Positions 28,247-38,099 of a stretch of DNA of 64,000 nt are shown in pieces. Within the stretch, counting starts at the first letter, position 1, and every line of letters begins with the position of its first letter. Source of the stretch: a virus (lineage: Duplodnaviria > Caudoviricetes); the IMG/VR virus record IMGVR_UViG_3300025429_000009, positions 28,999 to 92,998 of that record; one strand, given 5' to 3'. Below the pieces are notes generated by a model that was not told where the DNA came from, did not search any database, and worked only from the letters and a program-made list of their open reading frames with translations. The position numbers and the translations under genes were made by a program.

Positions 28247-31200
28247 ATGACAGACAATCTTGTTCACCTTCACGTTCACACCGAGCACTCATTCTTGGAC
28301 GGTCTCTCTACCGTCGATCAATTGGTCAACCGAGTGGTGGACCTTGGCCAAAGTGCAGTGGCCATTACCGACCACGGCGAATGCTCTGGTCACCTGCGCC
28401 TACAACACGCTGCCGATAAGGCTGGCATTAAACCCCTGTTCGGTATGGAGGGATACTTCACCGAGAACCGTTTCGACAAGAGCGGTAAGAAGGGTGAGAA
28501 CTACGACCACATGACCATTGTGGCCATGAACGCCCAGGGACTAGAGAACCTCTGGGCACTCTCGAGCTTGGCGTACATCGAGGGTAGCTACTACTCTAAC
28601 CCACGCTTTGACTGGGAACTCTTGCAGAAGTACAACGAGGGACTCATCGTCACTGGTGGCTGCATGGGTGGTTGCATTGGTAAGAGCCTCAAGGATGATG
28701 GCAACTACGAGAAGGCTGTGGAGCGCATTGGTCGTTACCAGGCCATCTTCGGTGACCGTTTTCACTTGGAGCTACACACTTACCTCGACCCTGAGAGCAA
28801 CGAATGGAACTTGCGAGTGGCAGAGGCTGCCCTTGACTTCAGTGTTCCGATGATTACCGTGAGCGATGCTCACTACGCTAGCCCAGACCAGTGGTATGCC
28901 CATGAGCTGATGACCGCTGTGCAGATGGGTAAGACCATGAACGACCCCACACGGTTTAGCTATGGTCCTAACCAGCTGTGCATCTTCTCTGAGGAAGAGA
29001 CCCGCAGCAGACTTAGTTATTTGCCCGAGAGCATCGTTGACCAAGCCATCAAGCGCACGTCAGAGATTGCGGACATGTGTGATGCTCGAGTGCCTGGTGC
29101 TCGTAAGATGCCGGTGTTCTACAACACTGCCAAGATGGACGAGCGCAAGCTCCGTGAGACTGCCGAGGAAGGCTTTGCTCGTAAGATCGTTGGCCAGGTG
29201 GCCGATGACCTGCTGCAGAAGTACCGTGACCGCCTTGAGTATGAGATGGATGTTATTATCACTCGTGGCTTCCCTGGTTACTTCCTAACCGTACAAGACA
29301 TTATTAATTGGAGCAAGAATGAGAACTTATTGGTCGGCCCTAGTCGTGGTTCAGTTGGCGGTAGTCTGCTTGCTTATGTTATGGACATTACAGAAGTCGA
29401 CCCTATCCCAAGTGGTCTCATTTTTGAGCGATTTCTTAATCCTGAACGCGTTTCTATGCCTGATATTGACATTGACATGCCAAAGGATGAGCGTATTCTG
29501 GTTCGTCAGTACCTTGAGCGTAAGTATGGCCGTTACAATATCGCTTCGATCGGGACGCTGAACACACTAGGACCCAAGCAGTCCATCCGTGATGCCTGCC
29601 GTGGCCTGGGCATTAACAAAGAAGACACCCAGCAGATGATTGACATCATCGACGACGACTGGAACATCAAGAACCGTGGAGCTGAATGGAAGGACGTAAT
29701 GCGTCAGTACGGCTCAGAGTACTCCGTGTGGATGACTAGGTATCCCAAGCTGTTTGAGAATCTGCCTGAGTTTGTTAATCACATTCGCCACGCTAGTGCT
29801 CACGCTGCCGGTATTGTTGTCAGCAAGGACTCACTCATTGGTGCTATGCCGTTGAGATACAACCCTAGTAACGATGATATTAGAACACAGTTTGATATGG
29901 GAGACGTGGACGAACTTGGCTTCGTGAAGATCGACTTGCTTGGTCTGCGCACGCTGAGTACGCTCATGGTAGCCCTCGACCTGATTAAGGAGACCAACGG
30001 TGGCACCCTACCTTTCCGTCATTTCTACGAATGGAACTACGAGTGGGACAAGTATTACGACGACCCAGCTGTATGGGACTCCATCAGCACCGGTCACAAT
30101 ATTGGACTCTTCCAGATTGAGACAGGTTCCCTTAGAAGTTTGGTTAAGCGATTCCAGCCAAGAAGCATAGAAGACCTATGCACCATGATTGCTATCTACC
30201 GCCCTGGTATCACCAGAGCTGTGGACTCAGAGACAGGTTTGAACCTGCTCGAGATGTATATGCAAAAGCGTGAGGGAAAGCGCCCCGTAAAATTTAAACA
30301 CCCACGACTTAGTGCAATACTAGGTGTATCGTACGGAAGCTTTGTTTACCAGGAACAGATCATGGAAACGTGTGTTGAGCTGGCTGGTTACACCATTGTT
30401 GAGACTGACCGTGTCCGTAAGGCAGTAGCTAAGTCCAACTACGAAGACATGAAGGACGAGGCTGAGATCTTTGTGCAGAAGTGCATTGAGAACGGCGTCG
30501 ACAAGGCCACAGCTGAGTCAATTTTCGATGACATGCGTGCGTTTGGTATGTATGGTTTCAACAAGTCACACGGTTATGGCTACTCCATGCTCTCCTACTG
30601 GACTGCCTGGATGAAGCACTATTACCCACGTGAGTACATGACTGCTCTGTTCCGTACCAACCCAGCTGACAGCGTGGTGTACACCCGAGAAGCTCGACGC
30701 ATGGGTATCGAGGTGCTTGGACCAGACATCAACGAAAGTGGTAGCAACTTCACCCTGACGAAGAACGGTAGCATCCGCTACGGTTTGAGCAGTGTCAAGT
30801 TCGTAGCTAACGCTGCAGCTGAGATTCACAAGCTTGGGCCGTACAAGAGCATGGATGAATTCGTTGCTCGAGTCCCGACACGACGCATCAACAAGCGTGT
30901 TATCATATCGATGATCCGTGCGGGTGTGTTTGATAGCATCTGTGGGGATTCAAAAACAGCACTATACGAGTACTGTAAGGACCGTAAGGAGTTCAAGAAG
31001 TATGTCAACACTACATGTCCTCCGGAATGCGCTTACTGCGCTGGACGTGATAACTATTTTGATTGTTATGCGATTAACGTGGAACACATCCTCGACCGTG
31101 GTGCCAACGAACAAGAGCTTCTGGGCACTATGGTTAGTATTGATCCTCTTGCTGACTACATAGAAGTCATCGAAGAAGAGCACAACTTTCCTGGAGAAAA

Positions 31201-31540
31201 GAAGATGTTTAAGGGTGAGAAGGCTATGCTCGGTGGTATAGTGACAATGATCAAACCATTGGTTACCAAGAAGGGTAAGAACCCAGGCTCAGAGATGTGC
31301 CAACTTTGGGTAGAATTGCCTATAATGTCTGTTGAAGAGGATGGATTGCTTGACGAAGAGAGCGAAGAGAGTTCTGCGAAAGATGAAAGCGTTCAAATCG
31401 TGGCGTTCCCCGATACCTATAAGAGAATCAGAGAAAGTCTTGAAGTCGGCACGCCAGTCCTGGTGGAAGTCGAGAGACTGAAAGACGGTCTGAGTCTTAG
31501 GAATCTTTTCCGACTTGACAAGCTAAAAGAAGCAGTGTAG
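28247..31540 (+). CDS. dnaE: DNA polymerase III alpha subunit
   Basis: PHP motifs HLHVHTEHS, TDHG, DAHY; SRGSVGGSL, FERFLNPER.SMPDIDID, HAAG, KIDLLGL, YQEQIM, FNKSH. Confidence 0.97.
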   Translation: MTDNLVHLHVHTEHSFLDGLSTVDQLVNRVVDLGQSAVAITDHGECSGHLRLQHAADKAGIKPLFGMEGYFTENRFDKSGKKGENYDHMTIVAMNAQGLENLWALSSLAYIEGSYYSNPRFDWELLQKYNEGLIVTGGCMGGCIGKSLKDDGNYEKAVERIGRYQAIFGDRFHLELHTYLDPESNEWNLRVAEAALDFSVPMITVSDAHYASPDQWYAHELMTAVQMGKTMNDPTRFSYGPNQLCIFSEEETRSRLSYLPESIVDQAIKRTSEIADMCDARVPGARKMPVFYNTAKMDERKLRETAEEGFARKIVGQVADDLLQKYRDRLEYEMDVIITRGFPGYFLTVQDIINWSKNENLLVGPSRGSVGGSLLAYVMDITEVDPIPSGLIFERFLNPERVSMPDIDIDMPKDERILVRQYLERKYGRYNIASIGTLNTLGPKQSIRDACRGLGINKEDTQQMIDIIDDDWNIKNRGAEWKDVMRQYGSEYSVWMTRYPKLFENLPEFVNHIRHASAHAAGIVVSKDSLIGAMPLRYNPSNDDIRTQFDMGDVDELGFVKIDLLGLRTLSTLMVALDLIKETNGGTLPFRHFYEWNYEWDKYYDDPAVWDSISTGHNIGLFQIETGSLRSLVKRFQPRSIEDLCTMIAIYRPGITRAVDSETGLNLLEMYMQKREGKRPVKFKHPRLSAILGVSYGSFVYQEQIMETCVELAGYTIVETDRVRKAVAKSNYEDMKDEAEIFVQKCIENGVDKATAESIFDDMRAFGMYGFNKSHGYGYSMLSYWTAWMKHYYPREYMTALFRTNPADSVVYTREARRMGIEVLGPDINESGSNFTLTKNGSIRYGLSSVKFVANAAAEIHKLGPYKSMDEFVARVPTRRINKRVIISMIRAGVFDSICGDSKTALYEYCKDRKEFKKYVNTTCPPECAYCAGRDNYFDCYAINVEHILDRGANEQELLGTMVSIDPLADYIEVIEEEHNFPGEKKMFKGEKAMLGGIVTMIKPLVTKKGKNPGSEMCQLWVELPIMSVEEDGLLDEESEESSAKDESVQIVAFPDTYKRIRESLEVGTPVLVEVERLKDGLSLRNLFRLDKLKEAV

Positions 31541-31570
31541 TATCGTATGCAGTTAGAAGAGGAGGGCTTT

Positions 31571-31705
31571 ATGGCCAAGATGAAAGAATGGCGTTGTCCC
31601 AAGTGCAAGGCAGAAGTCCAAGCACTTGCCAGCGCAGTAGCACACCGTTGCCCAAGCAACAAGAACACATTCACAGCATTTGAACAAGTAGAGGAGAAGA
31701 AATAA
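31571..31705 (+). CDS. Small zinc-ribbon protein
   Basis: GAGGAG RBS; WRCPKC...HRCP. Confidence 0.6.
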   Translation: MAKMKEWRCPKCKAEVQALASAVAHRCPSNKNTFTAFEQVEEKK

Positions 31706-32010
31706 TGAAGTACGCACGCCTAGAACACACCAAGATTGACCTGAACGCACACGAAGAAGGTGAGTGCCAGAGCCCTTATGCCTGTGCCATCCACAACCGT
31801 ACTAACCACCACATGCGTCACTTCAAGCAGTTCTACCGCTTTGAACGTGGCATAATGGAGCGCATCTGTTCGCATGGTGTGGGCCACCCAGACCCAGATG
31901 ACATCAAGACCATCAACGGTACGGACGATGGTGTTCACGGATGCGATGGCTGCTGTATCCGCTTTGCAACAGAAGAAGAATACCTAGATTCACAGAAGAA
32001 CGGTGAGTAA
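31705..32010 (+). CDS. Cys/His-rich hypothetical protein
   Basis: CAIH...ERICSHGVGHPDPD...HGCDGCC. Confidence 0.7.
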   Translation: MKYARLEHTKIDLNAHEEGECQSPYACAIHNRTNHHMRHFKQFYRFERGIMERICSHGVGHPDPDDIKTINGTDDGVHGCDGCCIRFATEEEYLDSQKNGE

Positions 32011-32124
32011 TGCGTATCGAGATCGAAATTGATCCAAGAACATATGCAAACATGATGCGTGATGCTGTATACTACAGAATAGATAACATCGAAGAATTTA
32101 TCGAAACAAAATTGGAGGAGCTAT

Positions 32125-32493
32125 ATGGCTAAAGATGACAACCACCCATACGAAAAAGCACCATGGAAGGATCCATGGTACTCTAAGACATGCCCTTGTA
32201 AGGAATGCAAAACTAAAGAACGCTGCGGTAAGTGCAAGAAGGATAAGAGCATGAGCGTTCACCCAAGCGTGAAACCATTGGAAGAAAAAACACCTTTGCT
32301 TACCGTAGAAGAAGCCATTGAGTTGTATCGCAAGGCCAAGGCTGACAAGGTTACTATGGAGCTTGCTTTGCGTCATGCCCAGGCAAAGGTTATTGAAATC
32401 GAGGCAAAGACTATCTCGGCAGCCAAAGAAGAGAATCGTGCCAAGTTGACTCTGGAGCGTGCATTCGAGAATGAGGCACGTAAAAATGGCTAG
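32125..32493 (+). CDS. Hypothetical protein (Cys cluster plus coiled coil)
   Basis: GGAGG RBS. Confidence 0.6.
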   Translation: MAKDDNHPYEKAPWKDPWYSKTCPCKECKTKERCGKCKKDKSMSVHPSVKPLEEKTPLLTVEEAIELYRKAKADKVTMELALRHAQAKVIEIEAKTISAAKEENRAKLTLERAFENEARKNG

Positions 32494-33601
32494 AGGTACT
32501 GACGCTATTGACAAGCTCATCGCAGATCTAAACAAGTTCACACCAGAGGGATCAACCAAGCCGTTGGTCCTACGAGGTAACGACATCGAGAAGGTGAACG
32601 CTATCCCTTGCTTCACACCAGCACTAGCTTATTTGCTAGGCATTGGTGGTTGGCCTGAGGGGAAGCTCATCGAGTTCTTTGGTAAGGAGCACTCTGGTAA
32701 GACTTCGTTCGCCATCATGGCACTGAAGGACTGCTACGACTACTACAATGGCGAGAAGATGGTAGCTATCATCGACCTCGAGCACCGCTTTAACCCTGAG
32801 TGGGCAGAGAAGCTTGGTCTGAAGATCGATGAGAACCTCATTGTGGTACAGCCACCAGACGCCGAGACAGGCACTGACATGATGGTTGCCCTCATCAAGA
32901 GCAAGCAGATTGGTGCTATTGTCTGGGACTCCGTTGGTGCAGCAGCTACCAAGCACAGCATGCAGCAGCTCACAGACAAGAACGACAAGATGGGTGGCAA
33001 CGCTGCAGTGATGAAGCGTAACGTCCAGACAGTTGCTCCTTTGGCTAACCTCTACGGTGTTACCTGCTTTTACCTGAATCAGCTCCGTGCTGACATGGAT
33101 GGTTACAACCGTCCTATGACCCCAGGTGGTCACGCAGTCAAGCACGCAATGAGCGTACGTATCTACCTACGCCCAGGAAGTGATAAGTACTTTGACAAGA
33201 TCAATGGCGAGAACACTCAGGTTGGCAATCCTATCGTTGTTAAAACGGTAAAGAATTCCTATGGACCTCCCTTCCGTGAGGGTTGGACTGACTTCTACAG
33301 TCAGCCATGTGCATTCCTGGATCACCCAGGCATTGACACACGTAGAGACCTCGCACGTATGGGTATTCTCCTGGGGGTAGCTAACCGTGCAGGAGCCTGG
33401 TTCACTTGGCGTTACATCAAGGCACAAGGCCGTGACGCTTTCTTTGAGTCGATCTGGAACAGCGGCATGGCAGACGAGTTCGAGGCAGAGATTATTGCTG
33501 CTATCAAGAAGGGCTCAGGTATTACAGAGGTTGAAGGCGATGAGTTCTTTGGCCGACCACTAACAGCAGACACAGATGATCTGCACGACCCGGAGGTATA
33601 A
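32486..33601 (+). CDS. recA: RecA/UvsX recombinase
   Basis: LGIGGWPEG.LIEFFGKEHSGKT, IDLEH, WDSV, NQLR, TPGGHAVKH, KN, AGAWF. Confidence 0.95.
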   Translation: MARGTDAIDKLIADLNKFTPEGSTKPLVLRGNDIEKVNAIPCFTPALAYLLGIGGWPEGKLIEFFGKEHSGKTSFAIMALKDCYDYYNGEKMVAIIDLEHRFNPEWAEKLGLKIDENLIVVQPPDAETGTDMMVALIKSKQIGAIVWDSVGAAATKHSMQQLTDKNDKMGGNAAVMKRNVQTVAPLANLYGVTCFYLNQLRADMDGYNRPMTPGGHAVKHAMSVRIYLRPGSDKYFDKINGENTQVGNPIVVKTVKNSYGPPFREGWTDFYSQPCAFLDHPGIDTRRDLARMGILLGVANRAGAWFTWRYIKAQGRDAFFESIWNSGMADEFEAEIIAAIKKGSGITEVEGDEFFGRPLTADTDDLHDPEV

Positions 33602-33603
33602 CA

Positions 33604-33795
33604 ATGCAAGTTGGAGATTCAGTAGTATCAGTATCGTCAGTTGGCACTATTGTTGGTGTAGCTAAGTCTGGTAACCCAGTCATTGAATGGTCTGGAACTT
33701 ACTCAGAATTTGAAGAGGTGGCACCAGAAGACCTTATTGTTGTTGAGCTTCCTAAGCCAACCGAAGAGCTCGACCCATCAAAGGATGCAGAATGA
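33604..33795 (+). CDS. Small SH3/KOW-like hypothetical protein
   Basis: GGAGGT RBS; MQVGDSV...GTIVG. Confidence 0.6.
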   Translation: MQVGDSVVSVSSVGTIVGVAKSGNPVIEWSGTYSEFEEVAPEDLIVVELPKPTEELDPSKDAE

Positions 33796-33962
33796 CTGAC
33801 CACGAAGACGAGTACGAAGGCGTAACCCTATACGTTGATGCAGAAGGCTGGCCCGACAACCTCGCTGGTGTGCGTTTGTTAGAGCAGACAGCTATGCGCA
33901 TGGAAGATGGTCGAGTCAAGATCATTGGTGACCCAGTGTGGAGTCTTGAGGCAAATGACTGA
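33792..33962 (+). CDS. Small hypothetical protein (56 aa)
   Basis: ATGA coupling; fills gap. Confidence 0.55.
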   Translation: MTDHEDEYEGVTLYVDAEGWPDNLAGVRLLEQTAMRMEDGRVKIIGDPVWSLEAND

Positions 33963-34131
33963 GTATGTCCCAAAGAAATCCACGTGCAAAAACTGCTACC
34001 GCAAGTTCGGTGAAAGAAGAGAAGTCTTACAAGGCGCCGATGGCACATGGGTTCACACCTTCAACAACGGTCAACACTACCCAGTCAAATGCAACATATG
34101 GGAGCAATGGGAAGCCGAACCTGATGACTGA
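33955..34131 (+). CDS. Small hypothetical protein
   Basis: CKNC...WVH...C...AEP. Confidence 0.55.
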   Translation: MTEYVPKKSTCKNCYRKFGERREVLQGADGTWVHTFNNGQHYPVKCNIWEQWEAEPDD

Positions 34132-34423
34132 GTTTGAAAAGGTTTTGCAGGAGATCTATGATCTTCATAGCAAAAAGCAATCTGATTACGGACGCCCAGA
34201 ACAGGGGGACCCCTTTGCCAATGTACGTGCCAGCGAAGACTTTGGCATCCCTGGATGGCTGGGCGCCGTAATCAGAGCAAACGATAAGGTACGACGCATC
34301 CAGAAGTATGCACGTGGTGGTACCATGGTTAATGAGTCGGTAGAAGACTCGTTGCTTGACGCAGCTGTTTATTTTATGATAGCATTGTGTTTATTTAGGG
34401 AGCAAAATGGAATCAGCACGTGA
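34124..34423 (+). CDS. Nucleotide modification-associated domain 1 (DUF1599/Nmad1-like)
   Basis: KKQSDYG...PFAN...IRANDKVRRI...ESVEDSLLDAAVY. Confidence 0.78.
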   Translation: MTEFEKVLQEIYDLHSKKQSDYGRPEQGDPFANVRASEDFGIPGWLGAVIRANDKVRRIQKYARGGTMVNESVEDSLLDAAVYFMIALCLFREQNGIST

Positions 34424-34670
34424 GAACATTGCCAAGTGGGTTAAAGAGTTCAGAGCTCGCGACAAAGCACATACTATTTCTATTGATGTAGACTTCTCAG
34501 AAGAAGAGCATGCTTCAACGCTCAGAGCTGCTACCTCATTGGGTATGACTTTTGATGAGTATTGCAACTATGCTCTAGAGAAGGCTTTGTTATCTTATAA
34601 GTGCCCAACATGTTTGCAATACAGACCAGATAGATCAAAAATCTGTAAGTTCTGTGGGGAGATTGACTGA
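34407..34670 (+). CDS. Putative ribbon-helix-helix protein with zinc ribbon
   Basis: AATSLGMTFDEYCNYAL, CPTC...CKFC. Confidence 0.5.
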   Translation: MESARENIAKWVKEFRARDKAHTISIDVDFSEEEHASTLRAATSLGMTFDEYCNYALEKALLSYKCPTCLQYRPDRSKICKFCGEID

Positions 34671-35095
34671 TGAAGCGTAACCTTTGGAAGAAGATTGAAC
34701 GTGAAGGAGACTGCTGGGTATGGACTGGCAGCACTGCCAACCGTGGCTACGGTAGCATCCACCACAACGGACGTAATGGTTATCTACCACACCGATTGGT
34801 GTGGGAACTGCTGCGTGGACCGATCCCTGATGGATTGGTACTTGACCACATGTGTCAGAACCGTCGTTGCGTAAACCCTAAGCATCTTGACCCAGTAACT
34901 AACCGAGTAAACATTCTTCGTGGTAAGAGTGTTGCTGCTCTTAACTTTATTAAGACTGAGTGTGTCAATGGCCATGCATTTGACAGCAAGAACACAAAGA
35001 TTAGGAAGGATGGCACCCGATCATGTCGTCAGTGCGAGAGAGATCGTCTAAAGAAGTTTCGAGAAAACCAAAAGCTAAAAAAGCATCAGAGATAA
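34670..35095 (+). CDS. HNH homing endonuclease
   Basis: CWVWTG...GYG, HRLVW, LDHMCQNRRCVNPKHL..VT...N, CVNGH...CRQC. Confidence 0.9.
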   Translation: MKRNLWKKIEREGDCWVWTGSTANRGYGSIHHNGRNGYLPHRLVWELLRGPIPDGLVLDHMCQNRRCVNPKHLDPVTNRVNILRGKSVAALNFIKTECVNGHAFDSKNTKIRKDGTRSCRQCERDRLKKFRENQKLKKHQR

Positions 35096-35352
35096 AGAAA
35101 GCTTATAAAGAACTCAGAAAAGAGTTCAAAGCTTTGTCCAAGGAGAATAAAATCGTGGGTAGAAAATTAAACGCTGCTATACAGCAGGTGTATGCATTGA
35201 ACGTAGAAGCATACACAAAGATCGAACACTCGCCCAGTGAGTTTAACAATGGCTATGCAGTTGGTCTTACTGAAGCTATGAAAGCTATGCGTGAAGTCGA
35301 GCGGGGTAGATACTTTAAGTTCCCGCTTCTTAATAAAAAGAAGAATAAGTAA
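35023..35352 (+). CDS. Hypothetical protein
   Basis: 109 aa basic/coiled coil; start uncertain. Confidence 0.5.
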   Translation: MSSVRERSSKEVSRKPKAKKASEIKKAYKELRKEFKALSKENKIVGRKLNAAIQQVYALNVEAYTKIEHSPSEFNNGYAVGLTEAMKAMREVERGRYFKFPLLNKKKNK

Positions 35353-35507
35353 TGGAAACAGAAGGTTACTGGCGAAACGAATGTAGGAAGCTCCAAGATG
35401 AGCTCCGTCAGGTGTATCAACAGGTTAACTATTATGTTGTTGAGAATACAAAGCTACGTGAAGAAAACGTAGTGCTAAGAGAGCAGCTCAATGAACAATC
35501 CGTATAG
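35352..35507 (+). CDS. Small coiled-coil protein (51 aa)
   Basis: TAATG coupling; METEGYWRNECRKLQDEL... Confidence 0.55.
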   Translation: METEGYWRNECRKLQDELRQVYQQVNYYVVENTKLREENVVLREQLNEQSV

Positions 35508-35751
35508 CATCTGGGCTATAAAGTATGATGGTAAACGTATGCATGTAGAGTATGCTACACGGTTGCCACGTAAGTTAAAAAAACTTGCAAAGACTGTATT
35601 TGAAGCAATGGGAGATCGGCACGGAGATTTTGTTCTCGTTAGTCCAGGGTTTGGAGAGTTGACAGAGCAATGGGTAAGTACCAACAAAGATTTAGCCAAC
35701 GTCAAGAGCGAGAGCTCGAAGAGCAGTGGCCCCTTGCCAAGCGAACAGTAG
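35491..35751 (+). CDS. Hypothetical protein
   Basis: Overlapping operon ORF. Confidence 0.5.
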   Translation: MNNPYSIWAIKYDGKRMHVEYATRLPRKLKKLAKTVFEAMGDRHGDFVLVSPGFGELTEQWVSTNKDLANVKSESSKSSGPLPSEQ

Positions 35752-36107
35752 GCTCTGGCAACAAGTGGGAGAAGGGTGACCTTTCTACGCAAGAGCAACA
35801 CATGGTGGAGTTCGTCATCGAAGCGAAGGCTACTCAGGCTGCATCGTTTAGTATTACAAAGAAGATCTGGGATGCCATTAAAGGTCATGCTCAGGATCGC
35901 AGCTGGCTAGCTAGACCTATTCTTGCTGTGCGTTTGTACGGTGCTACCGAGCAGGAAGCTGCTTGGGGTGGTACAATCTCACATACCCCTGAGACACTGC
36001 CAGTAGAATTAGATCTTATCTGTATGGACAAGGATGACTTTCTTGAGCTATACTATGACTACATACGATTGAAGGAAAAGGATGCTAGTAACAATGCTAA
36101 CGAATAA
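35670..36107 (+). CDS. PD-(D/E)XK nuclease, Holliday-junction-resolvase-like
   Basis: SQRQE...GSGN..EKGD...IEAKAT. Confidence 0.72.
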   Translation: MGKYQQRFSQRQERELEEQWPLAKRTVGSGNKWEKGDLSTQEQHMVEFVIEAKATQAASFSITKKIWDAIKGHAQDRSWLARPILAVRLYGATEQEAAWGGTISHTPETLPVELDLICMDKDDFLELYYDYIRLKEKDASNNANE

Positions 36108-36224
36108 AATTGTTGACCTAGTGTTTATGGTGCTCGCAGCTTTTCTTATTGAACGAGTAACTAAAAGGAGAAAGAATGGATGAGCAGCAATTGCAGTTTG
36201 ACCTAGAGTTTGACGAGCAAGAAG

Positions 36225-36986
36225 ATGAGTAGCTTCCTTGAGCGTACGCTGGCTGCGTACCAGAACGACGAGCCTATTACCAAGTACATCGAGGAAGCCT
36301 TGATGCTTGGCGACGTGTTCCCTGAAGAGTATCCTGTTAAGGTATTCAACAAGGAACGAAAATTTGATAACATGTATCACCCTTCTTCTGACGTAACTGC
36401 GGGTGAGTTGCGCCTATATTATAGGTTCCACCCCAAAGAAAGGTTAAAATGTCAAGAAGAAAGAATAACACCCACCCTCGCTATGACTTTCCAGGTTGGC
36501 TCGGTTTTTCATTCAGTCATTCAGAATTTGCTAATTCACATGGGCTTTACTTCTCTCGACAAGGTCGAAGTGAAGTTCAGAAACGAAGAGCGGATGATTG
36601 CTGGAGCGGTGGATGTATTGGAACTCACGACGCCTGATGGCACGTTCCTAGTAGACATCAAGAGTACCAACCAGCTTCCTAAGGAAGCAAGCGAGCAATA
36701 CGCCATGCAGCTCAGAGTGTATCAGGATAACTGTCCTGGTGCGCCTGACCGCATGGCTTTGCTATTTATTCAGAAGGCTTACCCTCACAAGATCAAGACG
36801 ATCGAGGTAAAGAAGGACCAGGAAGCCCTGGATAAGCTATACGATAAGTGGGACCGTGTGCGTGTAGCCATCAGCAAGAATGACCCTACTGGCCTTAAGC
36901 ACTGCTGCAACGGACCAACCGATGAAGAGTTCCTGGGCTGTCCTGCCCGTAAGATTTGCTACTATTGGAACAAAGATGAAAAGTAA
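36225..36986 (+). CDS. Cas4/RecB-like PD-(D/E)XK exonuclease
   Basis: HPSS, GSVFH, E, AGAVD, VDIKS, QLRVY, C-terminal CC...CP...C. Confidence 0.8.
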   Translation: MSSFLERTLAAYQNDEPITKYIEEALMLGDVFPEEYPVKVFNKERKFDNMYHPSSDVTAGELRLYYRFHPKERLKCQEERITPTLAMTFQVGSVFHSVIQNLLIHMGFTSLDKVEVKFRNEERMIAGAVDVLELTTPDGTFLVDIKSTNQLPKEASEQYAMQLRVYQDNCPGAPDRMALLFIQKAYPHKIKTIEVKKDQEALDKLYDKWDRVRVAISKNDPTGLKHCCNGPTDEEFLGCPARKICYYWNKDEK

Positions 36987-37137
36987 TGCCTGGCCTCCTG
37001 TCTTATTTATGATTTCTGTTATATCAGTTTTATTAGTGATGTTTGCCTCATACCCTTGGGAACTGACGTTTGTATTTGTTCCGCTCGCCTGTCTCATCGC
37101 CTTTTATGTATGGTTAGATAACCATGACCAATCCTAA
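36976..37137 (+). CDS. Small membrane protein
   Basis: Two hydrophobic segments. Confidence 0.55.
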   Translation: MKSNAWPPVLFMISVISVLLVMFASYPWELTFVFVPLACLIAFYVWLDNHDQS

Positions 37138-37474
37138 CAAGGCCAAGGGTAGCAAGTGGGAACTCGACGTTGCTAAGTACTTCAACGAACGTGGTTTCCC
37201 AGAAGTAGAACGTCGTTACGGCGCAGGAGCTACCTTGGACAAGGGTGACATCAATGGTGTCAAGGATACTGTTGTAGAGGCTAAGAACTGGAAGAAGATC
37301 GAGCTCTCAACCATTATGGATGAGGCACTAGTAGAGCAGAAGAATGCCAAGAAGCGGTTCGGCATTGCTGTCATTAAACGTAGGAATAAGAACGTTAAGG
37401 AAGCCTACGTGATGATGACGCTCGAGCAATGGATCGATCTTTTTTCATTCTTTGTAGATAAAAACCATAAATAA
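37124..37474 (+). CDS. Holliday junction resolvase (Hjc-like)
   Basis: NKAKGSKWE, DKGDI, VVEAKN. Confidence 0.85.
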   Translation: MTNPNKAKGSKWELDVAKYFNERGFPEVERRYGAGATLDKGDINGVKDTVVEAKNWKKIELSTIMDEALVEQKNAKKRFGIAVIKRRNKNVKEAYVMMTLEQWIDLFSFFVDKNHK

Positions 37475-37476
37475 AC

Positions 37477-37505
37477 TTGATACCCCAATGTAATTAGGGT
37501 ATAAT
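37477..37505 (+). promoter_or_regulatory. Near-consensus sigma70/SigA promoter
   Basis: TTGATA-17 nt-TATAAT in an intergenic gap. Confidence 0.75.
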
Positions 37506-37529
37506 TTTACACTATGAGAATGGAAGACA

Positions 37530-38099
37530 ATGAGTAATTTTGGTTTTCGTAAAGGCTTAGACAGTCTTACTGAACCTGAAATGGACAAGCCCCATGACGA
37601 TAAGTTTGGGGACCTGCACCGTTTCGTCGTACGTTCTTTCCGCTGGGAAGGCAAGCCTGAAGAAAAAGAGATGCTCGAAAGTATCGAGAGTATTGTTGAC
37701 AACTTTATGCAAGAGTACATCGACCCAGCTGAAGTAATCATTGCCAGGTTTAACTCAGACAACAGTATAGGTGGGGCAGAGGGTGATCGACTCTTCCTTA
37801 ATCTACAAAGTGCCATTGTCGCTATTGAGGAAGAAGTCACTAGACGATACCTCAGAGCACAATTTAGTTACTACATGCTTGATGATAAGTACAACGCTTC
37901 TTATGTCAAGCATGCCAAGGGTACTACCAATGATCTTAATGCTCGCGCTCGGATGGAAACCCGGGACGATCGTTTATTCTACTTTGTGCAGTACAGTGCT
38001 TGGCGAATCATTAATGATAAAGTCAACAGTCTAAAGGCTACGCAAAGACATATACAGAACCAGCTATATCGTCGGAGCCAAGGTGGGCAATACTCCTAG
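37530..38099 (+). CDS. Helical hypothetical protein (possibly UvsY-like recombination mediator)
   Basis: 189 aa helical; function is inference only. Confidence 0.55.
   Translation: MSNFGFRKGLDSLTEPEMDKPHDDKFGDLHRFVVRSFRWEGKPEEKEMLESIESIVDNFMQEYIDPAEVIIARFNSDNSIGGAEGDRLFLNLQSAIVAIEEEVTRRYLRAQFSYYMLDDKYNASYVKHAKGTTNDLNARARMETRDDRLFYFVQYSAWRIINDKVNSLKATQRHIQNQLYRRSQGGQYS

Noticed and set aside
28247-33601. Inteins or introns in dnaE and recA (also checked dnaB and terL)
   Set aside because: Lengths are normal and no C...HN splice motifs or LAGLIDADG inserts were seen.
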